A DNA stretch of 44,572 nt, filler included, from Catajapyx aquilonaris (lineage: Eukaryota): assembly GCA_000934665.2 (NCBI GenBank). It is 2 parts of 2 records of this genome, joined end to end, with 100 filler letters (N's around TTAATTAATTAA, not from the genome) between each part and the next. Parts side by side here need not be neighbours in the genome. Positions count along the whole stretch, not along the records: positions 22,341 to 44,572 come from KZ539433.1; 1 more part is not named here. One strand, written 5' to 3'. The notes under the pieces were generated by a model. That model ran no database searches, was not told the DNA's origin, and was given only the letters and a program-made list of their open reading frames with translations. Shown here piece after piece: positions 36,414 to 44,572 of this stretch (within the stretch, counting starts at the first letter, position 1; every line of letters begins with the position of its first letter). The translations under genes were made by a program, and so were the position numbers.

Positions 36414-37867
36414 GGGTAAAGCGGGGCAATGCGGACGGATTTTAATTGGGTGCAGTTGAAAGGTATGCTACTTCCTCAGTGAGAAAAAAAAGGAATGCAC
36501 AATATAGCCTACCTTACCTTATTGGCATTCAAAGCGCCCTATTGCATTCATTTATGTAGGTTCTCCGAAAAATGATTAATATATGCATGTGGTGCACAGT
36601 GACGCACTTGCCCCGCGATGTGGGGCAAGCGTGACATGGAAATTCTCTCCCAGTAATAAACATCGTTCCGGTTGCATATAGGACTGGGGCGGGGAGGCGG
36701 AGTGGTGCTGCGGTAACGTATGCGCCCACGGATGTTAAGGTCCCGGGTTCGATCCCAGCCCGGGGACACCCCCTTCATTTCGTGCAGAGTTCAGGGTCAC
36801 CTCTGGCTTCGTCTCGGGTGGTATTTCCACAAACTAAACCACCCTGGGGAGTTCACTAAAAATGGCCACAGCGTCAGATGCACTGCACCTTGCACATCCC
36901 CTCCTGTCATCCTGCCCGTGGGCCCGGGCGCTTCGTTCAAGGCTTCAAATGTACGAATTGAAAATAAAAGTCCGTGCAAAACACCTGGGTGAGCACTACC
37001 CCCACAATTATTATTATAGGACTGCTGGGGCCACACGCCACAGAGACACAAACTTCCTCTGTCCGTCTGTTTTTTCTGAATAAAAATACACCGACTAGTT
37101 CTTACACATGACAAACTTTTATGCATTGTAAGTGTGTTTCTGGGCTCATAAAATATATCCCGAAAGCAATGCGAGGTATATATGAAAGTATTGGTCTAGA
37201 AGTGCTTTATTGAAGCATGGGATTGAAACCAGTCCCTTTGTTCAGGAGTATGAATACAGTTAGGCTGGCCATGACTGTCCAGCATCTAATGACGTTTCAT
37301 AGTGATGGCCATGCCATGGACATTACTGTGTTAGGCTTTAAAAAATTGAATGCCACATATGTAGGGCTAAGTATCATGATCACGGGAGTTATTCTTGGAG
37401 AGAAATGACAGCAATTATTTAGGAGGAAATACGCAGCAATAGCAAATCCATAAGCCTATCTTATTGTGTGTAACGGCCAAAGCCTATTCTTGTATGTGAC
37501 GAATACTTGCAAAATAAAATAATCAGTCATATTTCCTGACAACCTGTACAGGCTTTTGAGTGGCTTTATCTCACATCAGTTAGGCCTACCTTCCTAATAC
37601 CGATGGGGTTCCTACTTTGATCCCTGTGCTGGTAGAGAAACTATTGCTTGCTGCCATGGCCATCACTGTATGGTTTGCCCTACATACTCGCCGGAAAAGT
37701 TAAAACGCCACCTTGAGCTTTTTTTATCAATGTTATGAAAGATAAAAGATCGTGTTACTTTTAGCCGAATAAGCAAAGGTCGTCGTGAACGTTTACGTGA
37801 TTTTCGATAGCTCCTGCCACCTTGTGCCATATATTAGAAGCAATGACGCACTTGCCCCGATTTACCA
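36414..37867. mobile_element. pogo-like non-autonomous element containing a SINE
   Basis: TA flanks; TIR GGTAAA(G/T)CGGGGCAA at both ends. Confidence 0.6.
36687..37014 (+). mobile_element. tRNA-derived SINE, family 1
   Basis: 10-bp TSD TATAGGACTG; (TTA)n tail; homologous to 779-1131. Confidence 0.9.
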
Positions 37868-38672
37868 TACACAAGTTCCACAGGGGTTTCAAGCACATTT
37901 GCTGCATCCACCGGCTATTCATATTCCTGCCATCCTACGGTCAGATAATAGTGACACTCAATCAATATTACTACAGTCGGACTCGAAATGTTCCGAGTCC
38001 GAAGTAAAAAAAAGTTACGCTGGTAGATGCAAAAGATTTCCATGTTGCCCTACCTGAAACTGCCTGGGTAGTTGGGTAGTACCATTATTGCCAACACTGG
38101 TACTGTTAAGTTAGCAGTAACTAGCAGTGCAGTGGGACGAAAATTCAACCCTTTGATGATAAAAATGAAAGTTAAAAGTACCCCATTATGTCAGCGCCTC
38201 TTTATCACTGTGCTCTTTATACACAATAACGTTCGGGTCTATCATGTGGGAGGTGAATAATTATACTGTATATGCACAGGTTGTGTCTAATGCTGAGTCT
38301 GGAGCACGTTACGTAAAACTGGCCATGGGAGAAGCAAGGCTTCCTCAAATATATCCCCGCCACTTGGAGTGATTGCCCCTGTGCCTTGTTAATTGTAATG
38401 GTAAAGCACAGTAGTTTTACAGGGAACTGCAGGCGTCTGAATTTGAAGGGGTATAGTCACTCGGGATGAGAGGTATGCGAGGGATCATCACGCGCTCCCC
38501 TTTGCCACAACCAGTAAGTACCACAGCATGTATCACCGAGGTATCACAAATAATTTATTGTGACAATCCAGTCACCTGCAACCACATGCCATTACACAAT
38601 TTTTGGGGATCGAGATTTTGTAGGAGCATGATTGGTGAGCCCAGCCTGAGACAGAGTTTGTGATGAGGTATA

Positions 38673-39381
38673 CAGGGTGGTTGTAAAGTAACTGCCTATT
38701 GGCAATGTGTAATAAAATTGTCAAATATTGCTCGATTTTCATAAAACAAGTTTTATTCTGTACCTTACAATGGGAGAATTTAAACTCCCACCAGTATGCA
38801 ACTCCACGGCCCCAGGTGGCAGCAGCAGTCCCGATACCAGTAAAAATGGCGCAGAAACTTAGTGCTCCTGAGAGAGCTCAGCTGGCGTTCCGTTTTGAAG
38901 TCGGGGGTCGGTGGTTAAAGTGCAGAGATGGTGGCGATCCATACACAGACCTCGTGCCACAGTTCACCCCAGGACCATAAAGCCACTATGGGCGAACCAT
39001 CGCGGTGCCACGTTTTTCACTGTCCTCGATGTCGACGGACGACCACTCCTATGGCTGTCCATCACGGATCCCGTGCTCATCAGCTTCGAATGGCAGTTCT
39101 TTATGGTCCTCGGGTGAACTGTGGCACGAGGTCCGTGTATGTATCGCCACCATCTCTGCACTTTAACCACCGACCCCCGACTTCAAAACGGGACGCCAGC
39201 TGCGCCATTTTTACTGGTATCGGGACTGCTGCTGCCACCTGGGGCCGTGGAGTTGCGTACTGGTGGGAGTTTAAATTCTCCCATTGTAAGGTACAGAATA
39301 AAACTTGCTTCATGAAAATCGAGCAATATTTGACAATTTTATTACACATTTCCAATAGGCAGTTACTTCACAACCACCCTG
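38673..39381. mobile_element. Foldback MITE made of two transposase 5' ends
   Basis: TA TSD; CAGGGTGGTTGT TIR with ~300-bp arms; VKVQRWWR...TGSVMDSHRSGRPSTSRT N-terminal relic. Confidence 0.9.
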
Positions 39382-39451
39382 TAGATTGGGTATAGACCTG
39401 GTGGATTCCGAGAGTTCAGGTATTCCACCAGATAGTGGACAGCGTCATCTT

Positions 39452-39626
39452 GATTGCGTCTGTTCGAATTCATGTGGAACAGGCTATTCAGCGAAATGCG
39501 AATCAAAGTTTCTCAGATACTTGATGCCAAGCTCACAGATGACCTAGTTCCATTTATTTTGCAAATGATGTGGTTCACATGGCAGCAGTTTTGGCTAATT
39601 TCAGCAAACCATTGGTTACCAAGTAA
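39452..39626 (+). pseudogene. C-terminal relic of an ISL2EU/Harbinger-type DDE transposase
   Basis: IASVRIHVEQAIQR...ILDAKLTDDLVP...VVHMAAVLANFSKPLV across frameshifts. Confidence 0.7.
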
Positions 39627-39984
39627 TAGTAGCATGAGCAACTTTCACCCATGTGGAATAGAATATGTCGATGCAATGCAGACTGCAATAAAATATACAG
39701 TGTTTGGCAAAATAGGTGTTAAAATTCTGTTCCTGCCTGTGGATTCACAGAGAATCACAAATCAAATTCATATACCCACATCTTGTAGCAAACATGGTTG
39801 TATAATGTATATGGATTGCTATTGTGGTTGACGACTGTAGTTGTTGTAACTATTGTGGTTGCTCTGTAATAAACAGTTACTGAAAAACACATTAATGGTG
39901 GTCAGATTTCTGAGCCCTACTCCTCCCCATTTTCACCCATGACACAACAAACATGACAATCACAACATTACATGTCAGCAGCCA

Positions 39985-40320
39985 GCAGTGGCAAATAATA
40001 TTTTGGAAATGAAATTGCTCTAATTTGGGAATTACATCAGAGAGGAACTCACTGGATCGCCTAACAACAACATTCACACTGCCCAATGGGGAGTAGACAT
40101 ACAGGTGAAATACACTCACCTGCAGAATGTAGAGATACTTGCACCTGAGTGTAGTACCTGTGTGACACCTTCAATGTCCAGGATTCATCACCATCCTTCT
40201 GCAAGTACTCTACGTGACTCACATCGCCCTCCACAACATTTTGCTGATCACACCTACTGGGACACTTGATTTCCAGAAGAATCTGTCCGTCATCTGTCAA
40301 CACCAATCCATCTGGGCTGT
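39985..40320 (-). pseudogene. YqaJ/lambda-exonuclease-like ORF relic (ISL2EU second ORF)
   Basis: PDGLV...LLEIKCP...HRYYTQVQ then frameshifted YVYSP...FLSDVIPKLEQF; convergent with the DDE relic. Confidence 0.8.
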
Positions 40321-40708
40321 CTCATGGCGCTCTCAAGTGAGTGCCTCATGCAAAACGCCCCGGCAGGCAATAAGATAAGACTATAGGGGTAATGACTGGG
40401 GGTTGCCCCAACTGAACTTTAGTGTAAGAGTGACACACACCCAGACTGCATCTTCCCTCCAAAAGATTTAGACGAGCCTCTTCCATCAATGGAGTTTCCG
40501 CAGCCTCTGCAGCTCTTGCCATGACGCTGTCCATAACATCATAAACAATGCTTCTGGCCTCACCTTCACATTCCACTTCCAAATAAATCTTCAACAGTGA
40601 GCAGTGTCAATGTCAGCAACAACTCTCATGATCTCCTGTGCACTGTCTGATGAATTGTGGGCAGGTGGTGCAAGAGTTGGCAGGTGGTATACTGGTATAT
40701 GTCTGTCA

Positions 40709-40803
40709 CGGCCATAAAAATTAACGCAAATCCCCCACTTCCATACTCAATATTAAATCCTGATACTAATTCAGACTCCCCCTCAGCAAAATCAAATGGA
40801 GTT
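40709..40803 (-). pseudogene. ND1: NUMT: mitochondrial ND1 fragment
   Basis: [31 protein letters not shown] is the conserved ND1 loop, with AT-rich codons. Confidence 0.93.
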
Positions 40804-41759
40804 GCCCCCTTCCTGTAGCCTACTGCCTCAGCTGTGTTGCACTTAGCTTCCCCCACTGCCTTGCTTGTGGCCAGCATTGTCAGTTTGTCACGTTCCAAGT
40901 TCATGGCATTGACACCTGCTGCCACATGCTCCACCCTTACATGGGCAGTGTTCACTGCCAATGCTCCTCTGGCAGTTATGCTAGAATTTGATAATATTAA
41001 TTAGTTGTCTTGTGCACAAAGGTCTGTATGGTATTAACCTAGAAATGGCCAGCACCTACTTTTCATTACAATATCATAGCCTACACCAGCTGTGAAGTGA
41101 CAACAGTGTGGTCTGCTTACATCCCATTGTATCAACAATGGGATGTAAGCAAACCACACCGTTGTCACTTCACAGCTAATTGCACTACTTGTTTGAAGAC
41201 ATAATAAATTATGCAATATTGCTTTATTTTTTTGCATGTTCACTGGACTTATACCAGTGCTCAAACTGTGGCCACAAGTGGCACTTATTATTACCGGTAT
41301 TTTTTTAAATTTTTTAATTTAATTTTCATTTTTTTATTGGGNNNNNNNNNNNNNNGACTACTTATTATTATAATTATACGGTACCTTACTAGATCTCTTG
41401 CCATTGCCAGATCATTGGCCTGTACCGAGCCTGTACTTACAATAATGCGGCCATGCTTCAACACTGCAGGACGCGGAAGATACTCCCCCATCCAAACGGG
41501 ACGAAAGCCGACCATATAGGAACTACGGGGGTCGCCCCCATACTCGCCTCTGCGGCGGTTGTGGAGTCTCCCATCTCCCCCAAAAAATGTCGCACGAGCA
41601 CAGCAGCACACTCAAAGTCTCAAACCCTTGTACGACTACGAACCAAAGCTCCCACTCCGCCCAACTCTCTTTGATTTACACCCACGCCGCAGTTACTATA
41701 AAAAGAAAAGAAAGAAGAAAAAAAAAAGTAGCCAGGGTAGTAGCCACGAGAGGCGCTGC

Positions 41760-41960
41760 ATGTCCCTAATGACGCAACTAGTCACGTGACGCACGAATTT
41801 CCCGCGCAGCAAAAATAATGCTCAGTCGAGGGCCCACTCAGCCAGAATTCTATTCGAACGGAGGAGTGACGTGGAAGTGATCGGCTCTGTAGGACTGCAA
41901 CTATCTTGTGCAACTATCACCTGTCGAGACTAGAGTATGTCCGTAGTGAGGGTAAGTCTA
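41760..41960. promoter_or_regulatory. Putative promoter and first exon of a plus-strand gene
   Basis: CpG-rich; GTCACGTGAC at 41781, TTTCCCGC at 41798, GGAAGTG; consensus donor AGG|GTAAGT at 41952. Confidence 0.45.
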
Positions 41961-42677
41961 TTTGTGCGTGCACATTTTGTAATATATTAGACAGCATTAT
42001 GATAGGTTTCGCACGGGCGGGAGGGGGGAGTTCGACCAACAGAACGCTTCGAACTCAAGGGGATGACCATTAGGTGGAAAGGTGTACATTGGTGTTCCAA
42101 ATACCCGGTAGTTCCTCTCTGTGTGAACAATGTGCATCGCTATCAAGTGTTCACTGGTGCTCCCTAGTGACCCCTCTCGTTCGCATCCTCATCCTCAGGC
42201 GTTATACACAGTAAATTCCACCAGAGTCGTGGCACTGCCCTCATACGCCTTTGGTTGTTAGTTCCATTGTTGACATTCATTGTTGCTCATTGTGATCTCA
42301 GTGTTCCATTATCAGGTTGAATGAACTGCAGGCCTGAACTCGGCGTTGAATTCATCGGTCATAGTCACTGTTCCATGTTACCAAGAGATCATTGACCCCT
42401 ACGGCTGCTGCTACACAGACCCCAACTCCCCCAGCCTCCCCCCCTCCCCCCNCCCCCCGCCCCCCTCCCCCGATTCCACCATGATCCCTTGATTCCGTTG
42501 ACATCTCTGTTGGTTATATGTCATATGAATTATGATGCACATAATTCAGTTATTGTCATGGAATGGTACCCTAGGCTACTGATTCGAAATATTCCGGTGC
42601 TACAAAAATTCGAATAGAATTCGTCGGAAAACGGAGCCAGTTTGGTTACATTAAAAAAAAAATTAATGAAAGTGTAA

Positions 42678-43167
42678 AGGCCTGCTTCCACCGGCATAAT
42701 TTTTGTTCTGGACAAAATTTATGCCAGAATAATTTTGTATCCCTGGCAATTTTTGTGCAGCACAAATAAACACTTGTTCCAACCAGGACAATTTTTGTAG
42801 TTTTCACACAAAAAAAGAAAAAAGAAAAAAAAAAGAAAAAAGAAAAAAGAAAAAAAGAAAAAAGAGCGCTCAGAAGGGAGCACCCAAAGTTCCGAATGTA
42901 CGTCGTATTTCATTTAAACTGAACCCTCGTCCGAAAATCGTTTAGCTTACATTAACCATCAAGATTATGGTTGAATTATCGCAAAATAATTCCGAAAAAT
43001 CCACCACGGTTGGCCATCTTGTATTTCCATTTTGTGGTGGGCACAATTATTTTGTGAAAAGTTCGAAATTTTGTTCCCTTTGGAATTATTCCAAACTGTT
43101 TGATTTTGTGCTCCATTTTTGTGCGCTTCTTTTTGTCCTCAAAAATTATGCCGGTGGAAACAGGCCT
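42678..43167. mobile_element. Harbinger-like MITE with an internal A-rich tract
   Basis: TIR AGGCCTG(C/T)TTCCACCGGCATAATTTTTG; TWA flanks. Confidence 0.8.
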
Positions 43168-43170
43168 TTA

Positions 43171-44010
43171 CACTGTTCTACAAAATAACACTTTTTTCTA
43201 TTTTCGGAACATTTGAATAGTGATTCCTATTGTACTTTCTGCGCTGAATCCGAATATCTGCTCATAAGGTTTCTGTCAGGCAGCTAGTTTTTGGGATATA
43301 GCGTTTTAAGGTTTGGAACAGTTTAGTGAGTTATTACAAGGACTCATTCCGAATCAAGTGGGCCTCAATGTTGCTAGACCGTCTCGGATCTTGGTGAAAA
43401 TAGTCACAGAAGTACTCACCTAATGCTGCCTATAAAGTTTCAGCCATATTGCGAAATACCATGACGAGGAAATAAATCGCACAAATCTGGAAATGGCTGA
43501 AAATGAGGCCTTTTTTGGAGATTTTTTCCGGTTAGTGGAAGTGGTCAAAAGCCAATGAACATACATATCAAAAGAAAGAGAAACACCAGTAAAATGCGCC
43601 TATAGAATTGGTTTACCTCTAAAGCGTAAAAATAAATTTTTATAGCATTTCATTGGTCACTTTCTCAGTCACATGCCCAAAAATATATCGTGACCTCAAC
43701 AATTGGTGATGTGTTTACATTACATCAGTCATATTTGGTGACACTATAGTTGTGACTGACATAAGGTTCAGTATAATTATCAAGTTTGAGGCCTTGGTCA
43801 TGCATGGTTCGCGAGAAAATAATAGATATGTTTTGCACATATACAAGTACCGTTAATTTCACCCTTCTACAAAATTAAACCCTGTTTGCTCTTTCTGAAG
43901 ATGTGAATAGTGATTCTTATAGTACTTTTCGCCCTGATTCCAAATCTGCACTGAGAATTGTACTATCAGGCACAGCTATTGAGATACACTGCATTTACTA
44001 ATATATAGTA
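43171..44010 (+). mobile_element. Chapaev3/CMC-like repeat (copy without the insert)
   Basis: TTA|CACTGTTCTACAAAAT terminus; homologous to 22875-24034. Confidence 0.7.
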
Positions 44011-44017
44011 GGCCTAT

Positions 44018-44572
44018 ACGAAAACCAGTCCAGGACCAGACTTAATATCAAATGCCCTCATAAAGGACTGTAAGTCGAGTATCTTAGAAATTTTATTTAT
44101 TTTTTTCAGTAAATGTTTAACAAGTCAGAGAATACCGTGTAATTGGAGTCAAGCCAGGATGATACCAATATACAAGAACGGTGATAGAACTCTCCCAGAG
44201 AACTATCGACCTATAGCGATTTTTAATAATTCCTTTAAACTATTCACATCCATTTTGACGTCGAGACTTCAATCCTGGGCCGAAACCCACAAAGTACTCC
44301 CAGATTGGCAAGCTGCTTTCCGCCAGGCGAGAGGCTGTATAGACCACCTATTCACTTTTCACATATTAATACAAAAATATCTCAATAAACCAAAGGGAAA
44401 GCTTTATGCTCTTTTCATCGACTTATCGAAAGCATTTGATTCCGTAAAACACAGTTGTTTGTTTGCCAAACTGGTACAGTTGGGTGTAAGCCAAAGGATG
44501 ATTTCTCTGCTCAAAAATATTTACTCCAACCTCGAGATAGTATCAGCACATGTCTCGGAGGGCATTAAGATT
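44018..44572 (+). mobile_element. 5'-truncated non-LTR retrotransposon RT ORF running off the window end
   Basis: Open frame KTSPGPDLI...IPIYKNGD...ENYRPIAI...QAAFR...ALFIDLSKAFDSV. Confidence 0.92.

Noticed and set aside
37217..37408. ORF ending GFKKLNATY...ITGVILGEK, superficially like the missing HDAC8 exon ([21 protein letters not shown])
   Set aside because: Lacks the catalytic Tyr and ARCW, has the wrong spacing, stops immediately, and lies inside a TIR element 17 kb away

Overview
Eukaryotic, intron-containing genomic DNA, most likely from an arthropod (a mitochondrial ND1 insert has an arthropod-type sequence). It is not prokaryotic. I reconstructed three host genes by hand from GT-AG sites. 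CTP synthase (minus strand, 8 coding exons, 13223->4100, 1800 nt, 599 aa) is complete. HDAC8 (plus strand, 5 exons, 15905->20377) lies head-to-head with it and lacks its 3' exons. Proprotein convertase PCSK7/PC7 (minus strand, 3 exons, 35782->27936) also lacks its 3' exons. Both incomplete genes run toward an artificial 100-nt linker (N44-TTAATTAATTAA-N44, 22241-22340). Introns and intergenic DNA are packed with mobile DNA: a decayed mariner, an ISL2EU-like relic (DDE + YqaJ) carrying an ND1 NUMT, a non-LTR RT, tRNA-derived SINEs, and many TIR or foldback elements, often nested. Superfamily names for the TIR elements are inferred from their termini and target-site duplications (TSDs). The most unusual object is a 344-bp insertion (23311-23654) with a 7-bp TSD, short terminal inverted repeats, a TATA-like box and two tandem histone-mRNA 3' stem-loops, but no histone ORF and no AATAAA. 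It is a candidate mobile element using histone-type 3'-end formation. All calls come from manual reading; no searches were run.
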